A stretch of 64,000 nt of DNA from Daphnia carinata. Lineage: Eukaryota. The position numbers and the translations under genes were made by a program. Below the pieces are notes generated by a model that did no database searches, was not told where the DNA came from, and saw nothing but the letters and a program-made list of their open reading frames with translations. Positions 14,344-27,828 of the stretch are shown one piece after another (position 1 is the first letter of the stretch; every line of letters begins with the position of its first letter). The DNA lies in contig NC_081333.1 of the NCBI RefSeq assembly GCF_022539665.2, positions 8,928,001 to 8,992,000 of the forward strand. Direction: 5' to 3'.

Positions 14344-14351
14344 TATCGATA
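14344..14351. promoter_or_regulatory. DRE-type palindrome TATCGATA upstream of MTA1
   Basis: Exact TATCGATA about 320 nt upstream of the MTA1 ATG; this is the known DREF site of arthropod housekeeping promoters. Confidence 0.45.
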
Positions 14352-15201
14352 GTGTTTAAAAATGGTACTTTTATTTAGGCTTTCTTCAAGATTATATTTA
14401 GGAGAACTGGGCGTCGATTTTCCCATAGTTTTGATACTTTTAGACAAACTTCGCTATAACGTTCTCAACTTCACTTCCGTTTCCACTTTCAAAACATTAA
14501 AATTAATTTCAATAAAATTAGTAAATCAACGCGAGTTGAGTTAAACTATAGTTTGTTTTCTGCGTTGTTTTCCCAACAAACCATTCGCAGTTTGGGCTGT
14601 GAAAATAGAGACTATAACCGCTTTAACACATTGAACGTTTTATTGTGATTGGTTCAATGAAATCCGCAAATTTTACTGTTCTTGACTTCATACTGGTCCA
14701 TCGTGCAGGCGAAGTATACCACTATGAAGTCAAAAGGGTATGGACAATAGAGATTAGATTGTTTGGATTAATTTTAATTTCTTTCTTTCTACGGAAATCA
14801 AAAGAGAAATCTCTCTGATATTCATTACACAAGAATCCATTGCCATATGAGAAAGAGAACACTGTACTGTTAATTCTGCAAAGTGACCACAGATTTTCAT
14901 TGTTGGCTGAGAGTCAAGAATTTATTTATCAATTAGTTCTTGACGTCAAATGGTAAGTTTTAGACTTGCTATCAAGGCGTCCAGAGAATATGACTAACTT
15001 ATGACAGAAATATCGCACTAGATCTGCTGTTATTGCATTTTGGTAGAATTCACTCCTACAGTCAAGCGCGGTTATCGCTTTTTATGTAACAATCCATCAC
15101 GGCATATTGACATATATCTTGACAAATCAACATATTGACGCATCACATTCATCTTATCAACCATCGTTTCCCGACAAAATGCACGTTGTTAGCATTACCA
15201 A

Positions 15202-17913
15202 TCAGTTTTTTGATGAGGTCCTATTGCTCTGTCTAGAGATTTGAACACGATCTAGCATATGGCAAAGTTTAACAGCAGCAGCTGTTGGCGGCTCCGTTCG
15301 GGCGGTGTTATCGGTGCTGCGAATTGCTTCAGCTACTAGACCTTTTTCTAGTTGACGTGACCAATCCGGAGACGGGGTGATGCTGAATGACGAAATGGAT
15401 GTACATTTGTTAGGCGCAAATTTTTCGCTGCTACTACGCCTAAATTCACTTGCTGGTTTTTTTTCTTGTTCAAGTATCAATTGTTGATGGCTTTTCATAG
15501 AGCCATTGCAATCGGTAATCGTTTGAGTGTGACTTTCGCTTACATGTCGGACGCGTTTACCTGTAAAAATACGGTTCACATTTCCCGTTTGCAACCCTCC
15601 TTGTACTTTTGGGGAAAATGGCAAACAAGGCGGCTCTTCGCTGCTACGATTCCTCGAAAGCCGTAAAGATCGTCGAATAAGATCAAATGCGGATTCCTTG
15701 CAAATGTTTCTATTCTCTTGAGACTGATCGACTTCAGATATCGACGTTTCACGAATAGATAAGTCATCTTCTTGGTCGTCATTACACAAAACAGTGGCTA
15801 AACGTGTCAGCAATTGTAGTGGGTCCTCGACCGATTCCATTCTTTCCTAAAGAACAAGTATGCATCAATGGTTTCAATGACCATGTTATCTCAAGTACCA
15901 TAGGTTTGCGGAAAGAGCCATTGTTGCATGTAACTCCTCGATCAAGGTAATGAATCATAGTATTATTAAAACCGTCACTTCCTGTAGCACCGTTAAGTTT
16001 TTCAGGATCTTTCTCAATATGAGGCTCTTCGTAACGTAAAACTGGGTGGCTAAAGGTACGGAGCAATTCCATCCTCGCCGGCTTAGAAACTGGCTATACT
16101 TTCGGAAAGTTGTTTTAGTTTACAATAAATATCTTTTAATATGTTTTGTTATTCATCTCACCTTGGTTTTCATTGCTGTGATGTCATGGACTAGCTGGCG
16201 TAAGGCAACGCCGTCTTTGGCTAGTAGGTGCCTAGTGGCACGGATGCGAGCTGCCATCTTTTTTTCAAGTGCTATAACAGGTGCTACAACTGGACTCGAA
16301 CGTAACCCTTTAGTGATGATATTGATAACCTACAGGTAAAGCGCAAACATGATTGGATTAGTTGAATCTGTAGCGAATTCAATCTTGCTTACCATGATGA
16401 GATACCCAAGTCCAAACAATATCCAAATAATAATGAAAGAACGATAGACCCATGTCCACTGGCCAATATCATGTTGCCCTGTTTGGATAGACAAAGAACC
16501 TAGAATTTTTTTTTTGTTACGTAAAATTGTAAAGTGCCTACCTGCGACAAGGTCGCCGAATCCAATGGTGGTTAAGCTAATAAACGCGTAGTAAAATGAA
16601 TCGATGTAATCCCATCCTTCGACGATTGTAAAAAGTGCAGCAGGAATTGCCAGAAAAACAATAAGACCCGGTATGGAATACAAGAGGATCTCCGCTGTGA
16701 CGACAATAAAAGTGGCAAAACGTCCCCGCTTGCGCTTGCTTGGCCGCTTCACAAGCTTCAAACCCCAAAAATTGAGAATAGTATTCAGTTTTTTTTTGTT
16801 TGTTGAATATTGAAAAATTTTATATAGAATGATTATTGCTCTACAACACAATACAACTTTTCATTACCTTGGAACCAAAATAGTTTCCTAGCGTAGCAAA
16901 CAATATTCCGTTGAGAGGGATGCCGACGAGAGCAAAGAAGATGCAAAACACTCTACCAGAAGGCGTTGATGGTGCCAAATGGCCATAACCTGAAAACGAC
17001 AAACCAATGAAATTAATTTGTGCGAGACTATGGATAAGTTATTGAATCGGTGAATGATCTGACATGGGCCAGGCCTTAGCCTTTTGCCTACTCTCTCTCT
17101 CTCTATTTTTTTTTTTTTTTTTTACATAACTCGTATCGACGCCTGAGTTATTAGCTTCTCTAAGTGGAGACGCAGTATGCGACCAAGATGATGTTTAGTT
17201 CGCATACTGGCTAAAGATAAAACTCAATAACAATGCATTGACGTCAAAAGATGCGGACAAACCCTTGCTCAATGTAATGCCACGGTGACTGCTCGATAAA
17301 ACCTTGAAGAACGGACGCGAGGCACGCAAAAGTATGTAAAAAGGGGAAACTTCGTCTAGAACTCGTGACTGACATTGACGTTTGACGTTTGAATACAGCT
17401 ATAGTTTAGCATCTTATCTACAGACAGGTTGCCGTGTGGGTTCTTAATTATATTGTCGGAGAGAATTTTAGATGGAGCCACAAAATGGCGCATATGGTAC
17501 CAATGGTTGATGCAACGGTGACGGCCACAAAGAAACTGTTGTAAAGGGTCCACTTCTTAGGTGGTAGTGAACCATTGTGGATTAAACCTGGTTGATTAAT
17601 TTGTTCGGCAATATGTGCCCACATCTCCTCCCGTCCGGCGAGATGGACTGGATTTATCACATTTCCGTCGCACGCAATTAACTTTTCTATAGAATGAAAT
17701 AAATGATTCCAACATAATTTAAAGCTATCGGCTTTCGTCCTCGTTACAAGGAAATTCAAATAAATACAGACCATGGATAACATTTTTAAGACTACTCAGT
17801 TCCTGTAAACGATCTTCTTCTTCAGGAGATTCGATCAGCATGAAGACCACACCACCAAACAACAAATAGACTATAAAAAAAATTAACAACGCAAGCCACT
17901 CCTTCCAATTCAT
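15202..17913 (-). CDS. Ork1: Two-pore-domain potassium channel, Ork1-like (K2P)
   Basis: [24 protein letters not shown] (TM1); first pore [25 protein letters not shown]; second pore [23 protein letters not shown]; long cytoplasmic C-tail ending at 15202. Confidence 0.88.
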
Positions 17914-19207
17914 ACTAATTAACAAAAAGACTCAAAATCTATATGAAGAAAACAAACCAAATTCGACACTTTTTGGCCGACGGTTTAAAAAATAAATGGC
18001 GATTAAAATTTTAGGGTACTGATTCGAACACGTTCAGGCGATTGATTGCCAGAAAATCAGTAGCGGCGCTGATACGCTTCCTACTGGGTTCCTTTTATAA
18101 CGATTTTGGTTTGCAAGCGATGAAAAGCCTAAGGTTACTCCTCTTTTCAAACGGATAGCGCTGAATATTTATCAGACATTAATGCTGCGGTTTGAATTGT
18201 TTGCACTATCCACAGTTTCCCTTTTTGTCTATCAATAACCATTTCTGCTTCTTTTTTACGAAAAAAACGCCCGACCTTGCAAATTCGGTAAAAATTTCTC
18301 TATTGCGGAAACTTTTTGCGTTACGGAAGAGTTATCACAACCACCAAGAGCTCAAATGATGAAATTATCATTTGTTTATAAAACACCAAAAACATTGCTA
18401 AGAAATCAGCCGGACTGAGCATCGTTTGATCTATTACGAGGCTATTTTTTGAAACAATGATTTCTACTGTCAATAGGAACGCATTTACTTTTCGTGGACG
18501 ACATGGTGTAAAAAATTGGTATTTAGCCTACAGGTTTACCGCTTCTGCGCGCTTTCGAATTTGACTAAATTTTCTGGCGATCCATCAATAAACAACCATA
18601 GTATCTCAGCAGCAATCCAAATCTCATGGTCTTCCCAGTGCACGTTTGGTACAACTAACAGTGGGATAATTTAAAATTACTTACTTGTTCAGGCGAAGCA
18701 TAAATGGTGTTGTAGATAACCCGAATTTGGATTCCACGCGCACACAATCGAATGGCCAGACCAATGGGCAGCAAGATTGGATTTCTCGGGAGTTGGCATC
18801 TTCTGCGACTGAAGGCACGCGTTAGGTTCAAGGCGAATTTGCTGGGGCTGCATTTTGTCACCTTCAAGCGCTAAAAGCGTGTGGTAATAATGCTCGGTGC
18901 CACCATCACCTGTAAATGCACCACAAGCTGTAGTGGAAAACGTCACTACTGACCCTGGGCATCTTAAGTTCGGCACGATGCTCTTCTGACCGCGCATCCG
19001 GAAATTGAGGTTCCTTTTCTACAACACGAACCGCTTATTGACATGGCAGTTACAAACATAACAGCAAATGTTCGAAACTCGCCTATATCTAGTTCCAAAT
19101 GGGGAGAATCAATAGTTAGCACTAATTTAACCAGAAATTGGATTCTATACTGTTCTTGTATATCTTTTTTAGAGTAAAATCTATGTACATACAGGGGAAC
19201 AACGCTG

Positions 19208-20223
19208 TTACTTTTTGAACTTGTCATTCGCTTCCCATTCTTTAGTCAGCCGTTCGATTTGTTCACTTGTGGAACTTGCACGAGCTTTTCTTCTGGTTTC
19301 TAAATACCAGTTGGTACTTTCTTGATCAACCTGATTGAGCGCTTCCAAGGCTTTGGTAGAAGATTTCCTTTACCACAAGTAAAATAAAGTTAAAGTCAGA
19401 TGAAAGCAATATTTTTAGGTATACTTACTTAACGACAATAAAATGAAAAGCTGCCCCAACTAGCATAAACACCACACATCCAGCAGCAATGTACTTGTTA
19501 GATATCCTTTGTACACCTTTAATTCCATAATAAGGTTTGTCTTTGTAATATTTGTCTTTGCTTTTGTCTCTTGATTCCCAAAGAGTCTCATCTCTAAATT
19601 CACTATGGCAGAAGAACACTATAAAAATTCTGGATAACGAAAAATGTACGGCATAATTTGCCACACTATACTTGACTTTTCCAAATGGTGCATTAGTTTC
19701 TACCCATGAACTGAAATTGGTCTCCATTGTCCCATATGTCCTACTCACAAGACTAGCATCATACAATTGTCTTTTGTAAGGCTTTGAAAGTACAGAATAA
19801 GCTTCATTTAATTTGAGGAAAGACTTGTGACAATCTGGGTCATCCTTGTTTACATCTGGATGAACCTACAAATGCATGGATATAGGTATAACAACTGTAA
19901 TAAAAAATAGTTTTTACACATCGCCATTTTAAGTACTTTTTACCTTTTTTGATATTGCAACAAAAGCATCCCTTATTTGCTTTGGAGAACAATTTCGTTG
20001 GAGTCCCAAAATTTCATAATGTGTTTGTAATAGCGGACTATAAATTGAACAACAGGATAGAGAATTATACCTTGTCAACACATACATACTATCAGGTAAA
20101 GGCTATAAACTCACTCTAATGATTTCTTGCTAACCCCCATTTCTTTGACTTAATGAAAAAGTACAAACACTATGATTTGGCAATGGTAATTGTAGAATCA
20201 GCAGAAAGTTATCTGAAGAACAT
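19208..20223 (-). CDS. DNAJC4: J-domain protein with C-terminal transmembrane segment (DNAJC4/DnaJ-60-like)
   Basis: Exons give THYEILGLQRNCSPKQIRDAFVAISKK|VHPDVNKDDPDCHKSFLKLNEAYSVLSKP (HPD motif) and a hydrophobic segment YIAAGCVVFMLVGAAFHFIVV; stop TAA at 19208. Confidence 0.8.
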
Positions 20224-20724
20224 TTTATATTTCTTAAGTGAAAGATGGTTGTTCACGATGGGGGCAAAATTCGGTATTAATTAAATTTTTCTCTCACTTC
20301 CGTTTACAGTTAGTTACATTACTTAAGATGGGTGCTATGCTGCTTGACTTTCGTCTACAATTCCTTAAAAGTTAAATCTTTTGTTTTTTCTAAAAAATTT
20401 ATTATTGCGTAACAAGAGCATACTGCAATCTAGCGGGAATTACCTAAAGTAACAAGGAAGAGAGAAGCTTGAAGTAGGTGCCCGCCTCCAACAAGGTGGG
20501 ATAGGCAGCCAATTATCGAGCCATGACCCAGTTCGCACCCAGCTCTTTTTCTACTTCTACGAAGAGAGAATAAAGACATAATGGTTTTATTTGCAATTTC
20601 ATAAAACACTTTTGAAACATGAACATGATATTGACCATAGTACCAACATCAAACATAACACAATGATTATGTCTTCAAAAGCAATAAAATATAAGACTTT
20701 TTACTTTACTTTTATGTACACAAA

Positions 20725-23700
20725 CTACATACAAATTCTACTAGAATTGTCGTGTAGCCCATATATCATTAGAACTGTAACATGTTTTTCAAATTTGAGT
20801 TGAAGCAGTTGCTCGTATATCCTCTGCAAGTATTTGCGTTGCCTCCGGTGCCTAAAACGTTTTCTTTTTAATAGATTTTAAAAATAGGATTACAAAAGAC
20901 GCTTACTTATCAACGACAACACCGATTGCCTGTTCTACTGCTTTGGCATCCGTAGGATCGACATAGAGAGCAATCAACAACGACTGGATGACGGCAGCTG
21001 TTGCTTCAATAGCAACAATATCCACTTGCACCCGTGAATGGAAGTTTTGAAGGGTTGCTTGAATATGCTTAAGAATCTGGAAAAACTTATCAATAAATCT
21101 CAGTAGAATTCGAATCGAATAAAGCTGTTTACCTGTTTTTCGTAACGTTTCCTTGCGTGAACCGGAAGTTTTTCCTCGATTACAATGTGAAAGTTGACAA
21201 CCGGATTACCCGCTATACCAAGCGAGCTAATCGCTGTTTGACTGCTGCAAGTTTCACTTAAGCTATTACTTCTGTTGGCACAATCTTGGCGCGTATATGA
21301 AGTTGAGCTATCGGTTGTATCACTGGCCGATTCAGCACAGTTCTTTAAGACGTCTATTAATTCACCTAATGCCATTTTCCTTTCCGTGTATCTATAAGTA
21401 AAAAATTAATCTCTGAGCTTCATTGGTATGCGGTATGTAAAATTCAACTTACCGATCTTTTTCCCACGTTTTCAACCTAGCTGATCCTGCTTCAGAATCC
21501 TTCAGAATTACTATATGAGGAACCTTTTTTTCTCTGCACCAAATCTGGGCTTCGTCCAAGCTCTGTAATACATAGTTTTTTTTAAACAAATCTATTATGT
21601 AACATGCTTTTGAACAAAACAAAATACTTGACAATGGTCTAATACGGTTGCGCGAACCCCGTTGTTCCACAAATCTTTAACTAACGATGCCTGTTCTTTG
21701 GTGTCAGGAAGATATCCCACCGTATAGATGGCCGCATACACGATCACGCGCTCTTCAAGCACCTCAGATTCTCTCAAGATCGTTGCAACTTTGTCCATAT
21801 GAATCATACCCCCAACAACCGATGGTTGACTCACCGGCTCGCCATCTGCTTTACGTCGGACGATAAGTGGATTCTGAAAAGATTTTACCAGGGCATCGTA
21901 ACGACCACCGGTTGCTAAAACATCGTCAATCTTGTTTCTGGAAGATTAATTGAATATTTAGAGATAATTATATTTAAAAAAACACAAAGAAAAACGAGTT
22001 TTACCTTTTCAGGTTTGTTTGGCAAACAAAGCGGAAGACCATACCGGAATGAGTATTATAATTTTGGAGTGCCGTGTCGATACGAATGCTAAAGGAGTTT
22101 CGTAATCCCATGCACTCGGCGTGGGTGACGATGGCATCAAGCTCATGCAGCGCTTGTTTTGCTAAACATGCTGCTTCTCCCTTCCGACTACTTAAATTTG
22201 TTAGCGCCGCTGTAACCTTGGCTACGCTTCCTTCCAATTCTAACAAATTCAAAAGCATGTCGACCGATTGGCGTGATATAGCTAATTTGGCTATTTTGTT
22301 TTGAACTTGTCCTTCGGATTTTGAGCGGCTTTTAAGAATCTGACAGAGTTCTGGACGCTTGTCTTCAGCGATCCCACAATGAATCAAAACAGCTTTTAGC
22401 AGTAAATGATGGCCCAGCTGAAGCGTTATTTTTCTCTCAATCTTCAAACGTTGATCACAGAACACTTCTGAAATTGCGGCCAAAACCTCTGCATCCGCAA
22501 GCGCTGAGGATGGCGTGGGCGTTACAATATCGAACACGAATTCCGCGCTAGACTTGGGGTGAAGGCCAACAAGTTTTCTTTCGCTATAAACGTAATCTGT
22601 GCAATAACGTTTTAGCCAAGTGATATTGGAGCGGGAGATAAAACGGGCAAAAGGGGTCTGAAGATCAGCTGCTAAAGTCTAGTAATATTAAATGAAATGG
22701 TAATAAGATCAGTGCTTGAATAAAGTTAGGAAGTAGAGAAAACATACCACTATGCTACCCGCATGATTCATCAAAAGAACTTGGGAAGACCCATGCTGTT
22801 GCGATTTGGCTCCCTTAGGTGATAATGCTGGGGTCTGTAAATCATAAAGTATAGTTTAGAATATGGTTGTTATTTATTGTTCTATTTTTGTCAGATTGGT
22901 TTTTGCATCAATTCTTGCCTTGAAGTAAATTGCTCCTCTCCGCTGACAGTGTTTAACAAAGACTTCTTGTAAAGTCTGGAAAATCCATGCCGTTTGTTGT
23001 AGTCCAGCTGAGGAAGTCATATCCATGTCATATACTAGATCTTCTGAGAGTGTCATTTTTTGTTGAAAACACGATGCCACCAAATGCTTGTATGATTTGC
23101 TCTGTGTGTTCGATAGCGTATGGCGGACCATCTCTTGTAGTTCAGCCTCTTCTAGTTGCGGGGGAGGTAAAATCGGAGATTGGAGCAGCTCTGTAGACGA
23201 AGGGCGTGCAGTTGGATTGTGGTTCAATAACCAATTGATCAACTGAACCTATGGGAATGAAAATTTGTAAAAATAACTATTCTCAAAATGCTGGTAGTTG
23301 TCAGTCTCACCTCTTTGCCGGTCAGGTGCTCTGAATGTGGTAGCACAATTTCTGGCAAGCGAAGAGAGCTCAGAACTTTTATTCTTTCCATACCAGTCAT
23401 GAGTGGGGGATGACACATCTCAAAAAATATTATTCCCAAACTATAGATGTCAACTTTTTCGTTGTAGTTTGCTTTGCCTGCTGTACGCAAACCAGTTTAA
23501 GTACCTCGTGTTAATCACCCGTACTAAGTCAAATATTAAAACTATTAAATTACACTTACAGCTAGCTTTTAATTCAGGGGCAACATAAAGCGCAGTCCCA
23601 ATTTGGCCTGTGAGCTGTCCCGAGTTTGAAGCAATTTCACTTGATTTGTCATTGGATAGTGCTATGTGAGGGCCACCGTCCAAAACATCAATGGTTACCA

Positions 23701-26515
23701 CCGTAGGTAAGGTTGTAAGCGGACTAGATGTCGCCAAACCGAAATCTCCTATTTTTACACGATCTTCCGAGTCCAAAAATATATTGACCGGCTATCGACG
23801 AAACAAATTTAGTGGGAAGTAAATTTTCTTATTTAATAATATTTTTGGAAATACGTTCCACAGGTGACTCACCTTAAGATCGCGATGGATTATTCCTTGT
23901 TGATGGATGTATGCCAACCCTTCTACGATTTCACGGAATAATCTCCAGATTCGTGATTTATCACGGAAAAGGTCGGAATCGATTGCGGTCCTTAAGGTGC
24001 TTTTCTCACAATATTCCATTTGAATGTACATACTTTGAAGACTGCGACATGAAGAATTAGGTGCATCAACAGTGTCTTCTTCTTTTGAAGATTCCTCTTC
24101 TTCCGAAGAGGAGCTTTGTGAACCGTCTGTATCAAATTCAATTCCACCGGATGAACTCATTTCTTGGGGCTTGATAAACCACGGGCCTCTTGTCGGTGAA
24201 GAAGAATCCGAAAAGTCGGATTCGCCAGCATTTGCTGCTTTCATTCCATTAGGTTTTTGGTCACCCCGATTTTCAGTATGTCTGTTTAATAGTTATTTGA
24301 ATATATTTAACGTAAAATAGCAAAATGTTTATGCTTATATAGATGATTACTCTGGGCGCGAAGGCGAATTATCGTGAACAGTTTCCAGCCATGAGTTGTA
24401 ATAACGGACGATATTTTCGTGATTAAGCCGTGACAAAAGTTTTACTTCGCGTGTGATTTTTTTGTTGAGTTGCCGACTTTTGGCATCCAGTAAGATCCTT
24501 TTAATGGCATAAATGTTGCCATCGAGCTTGTTTCGGACTTTAAGAACATCTCCAAAACCACCAGAACCCAAAAATTGCAGCGTCTCAAACTCACTGAGTA
24601 ACCTTGATGGGACATGAGGCAGATCCATTGCAGACGCTACAAGGGGAGCAACAGAGCGATATTCATCTGTTTCTCTGCTCTCCTCTTGTTCTTGGTTTTC
24701 ACGAAATGCCGGTACCTTGAGAAATGCATGGGACAACAGGTCATCTATATTCAATCGATCCTTTTCCATATCGGACCCCATACATTTTCCAATGAAATCT
24801 CTAAGCAAAAGCGGCATAGATGAAGGGAGTTTCAAACGATCCCACCGATGAACGATGTTCCCCTAATAGGTTTCCAAACGAAAATTGTGGAGTAACGCAA
24901 AAAATATTAAAATAATTTTTACCTGATATAGAGTCCAAAGTAGAATTCCCAGTCGATGAATATCTCCTCTTTTCCCTCCTCTTCCAGGGGCTGAAGGATA
25001 CATCGCTAGGGACGGTCGATCGTCTATTCCAACAAGGACGCATTAATGGAAGCTCACTGACGATACAGATGGCTTGATACAACTACCTTGAATGGAAAAA
25101 ATTTCGTTGATCCTGGACTCAAGACTATAATCCCCGATTCGAATTTCCCCAACGTTATCCAAATAAATGCTGCTGTGACGAAGATTTTTATGCACGACGT
25201 TCGCTTTGTGTAGAACTTGAAGCGCTTGAAGAACGCTGCTGGTGATATGGCGCAAAATATCAACGCTAAGGCTTAGGCCTCTCTTAAATTGGAAAAAAAA
25301 ACGTTAAACCAATTCGACGAGTGATTAATAACAAAAGTGACTCACACTGATAAAGAAATTCAGCGATAATCCAAGAACAAACTGCTCGGCAACATGGAGA
25401 TAAAAACATTCTTCGTCTTCGGACATTTCCCATTTAAAGGCTAACAAGGGTACCAGGTATTGGTGTCGAATGTTACGTTGTAATAATCGGAACTCCTGTT
25501 CAACCAGCGATATTTGCTTGCGGCGAGATTCCGAGTTGGTACATGAAATCTGGGAACAGAATGAGATATGTGAAAAAAAAGATAGGACTTTTGTATGCCA
25601 CGGCGTACCTGGTAGGTTGTAATAATCGCAGCTTCCTTAAGATTAGTTTCTACTGCAGCGCAAATATACCTGTTTGGCCGACATGTTCCCATACACGGTC
25701 CGCAATGGTAAACTCGACCTCCATCCCTGTTCGAAAAACACACTTTTTCCAGCTTTGGATGTTTGCACTGCCTTTGTTCTAAAGTTGTAGATTGTATGTT
25801 CAACTGTTCATTTTTGGTACTGGTCTGTGAAGAAGCAAAGTTGATTTCCAAAAATGGAAGTTGATTTGTATTTAAATTTGTTATTCTTCTAAGTTCACTT
25901 AACAAAGCTGGTTGCTTCTTTTGGATTTCTTCACAGAATGCAATGAGCTGTTGTTCATCTTCTTTCACTTGTCTGGTTCTTTCTTCTATGACAGATTTTT
26001 CTATTGTGTTTCGTTGTGTTGCCAACATTTCTTCATGAAACGACTGGAATCTTGGTTTCACATTTCTCTCTGCTAAAAATCTTTGAGCATGATCAGCCAA
26101 GTTAAAGGTAACTTCTTCCCCAACACCATCTTTGCACAGCTTTTCCAACTCAAGTTGCAGAGTTTCAATATCTCTTGATGAGATGCCTTGCCCATTCTCT
26201 AATTTTATCGAAGGTTGGGATTGAGGATAATCACTAAAGAACTTGACACGTAACTGAACTGTTGCATGTACTTCATCTTGGGAAAGTCCTTTCTGAGGTT
26301 TCAATAACAAAATGAATTCTGGGGGGATCCATTCATCATTGCTCAGAGACAAACTCACAGCAACAAAATCACTTGTAAAAATAGCCTATGTTAAAAAATA
26401 TACATATATAATATGGGGAACAGACTCTTTATGCTGTGTTATGTATGCATACTTGTAGAGCTTGTATCTCATTTCTTTGCCTAACTTCTGGGGAATCTTC
26501 TTCTTCAACAATCAT
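20725..26515 (-). CDS. GCN2: eIF2-alpha kinase GCN2 (RWD, pseudokinase, kinase, HisRS-like, C-terminal domain)
   Basis: RQRNEIQALQ RWD start; HKNLRHSSIYLD pseudokinase; LGSGGFGDVLKVRNKLDG..YAIKRI; YIQMEYCEKSTL; HRDLK|PVNIFLD..KIGDFGLAT; GTALYVAPE; HisRS-like TGGRYD; stop TAG at 20725. Confidence 0.96.
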
Positions 26516-27063
26516 TGCACTAAACAGATGCAAGTTTACCCAAAACGCATTACGTTTTTGTCAAAATGTTTTTATTATACGTAATTTTTAAAATTCCTTA
26601 AGTAGGATAATTGTAATGAAGCCCGTGGTAATGTGTTGAATCGTACGACTGCTTGGGAACCAGTCAAAAGAAGGACATAAACATTCAAGCAGAAGGTATG
26701 CGCGTCAAGCTACCCGTTGGCAAAACACTAAACTAAGGAAGCCTCTTCTCAATGAGGTGGTTTCGCAAGGGACAGTGCCGTCTGCCGTGTGCCGTCTCCC
26801 GTCTGCAGACTGCCGTTATGTGCGACGGTCTGTAAACTGTACAGTGTAAACTGGTAAAAACTACTAAACTGATAAATTGGAACAAGACTGAAACCTGTAA
26901 GTGTGTAACTTTGTTTCGAAAATTCACAAGCCAATGCAAGCAAATTGCCGACCAAAGAATAATGTCATATGAACTTATTGTAGTTCAGCAAAAGAAAAAT
27001 TCTCATTCCCACCAACAAACAAATAACATTGTATAAAAGGCACATCCTGCAATCTCTTTTGCT
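26516..27063. promoter_or_regulatory. Probable bidirectional promoter between GCN2 and DCTN6
   Basis: Divergent start codons separated by 548 nt. Confidence 0.7.
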
Positions 27064-27828
27064 ATGGATTCGTTAACGTTATCAACGTAAGCGTATTGTG
27101 CTTTACACCCTTGTATTTTTGTTTCTCGAAATTGTGATGTTTTTCGTTTTATTTGTAGGGCAAAAATTGCTAATGGAGCAATAGTTTGTTGTGAGTGTGA
27201 CCTACAAGGTGATATTACCATAGGATCTCGAACAGTTATTCACCCCAGAGCCAAAATTATAGCATTATCTGGTCCAATCATTATTGGAGAGAACAACATC
27301 ATAGAAGAGCAAGTTCAGATAATAAACAGGTAATAATTAATTACAGTTTTTTTATATTTTTTTCCTCATTTTCTCTCATGAAGCTGTGAAACTGCCATGA
27401 TAATTGGGAACAACAATGTGTTTGAAGTTGATTGTCATGTGGAATCAAAGTTCATTGGAGACAATAACATAGTTGAGTCAAAAGGTAGTAAAAAAAATGT
27501 TTACCAACTGTCTTTCCCAATGCAAGTTGTTCTGTTTTAGCATTTGTTGGAAGACAAACATCTCTGAGTAATGGTTGTGTAATTGGAGCCAAATGTGAAG
27601 TCCTTGTTGCAGAGACTCTTCAAGAAGGTTCCCTCTTTTATGGTGCGGGTTCTGATGTTAAAAGGAGGGTGCAATCAGATAAACCTTCGGTAGTCACATT
27701 TGATTCCTTTTGATCTAACCGGACATTCAACCGAAAATTTTTTTTATTTGTAGGCCCAGGGTGCCCAAATTGAATTTCTTTCGAAAGTATTACCCAACTA
27801 TCATCGCATTAGAAAACCACTCGCCTAG
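27064..27828 (+). CDS. DCTN6: Dynactin subunit 6 (p27), five short exons; absent from the ORF track
   Basis: ATG 27064; spliced [59 protein letters not shown]...[13 protein letters not shown]...[27 protein letters not shown]...[20 protein letters not shown] (hexapeptide beta-helix). Confidence 0.93.
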
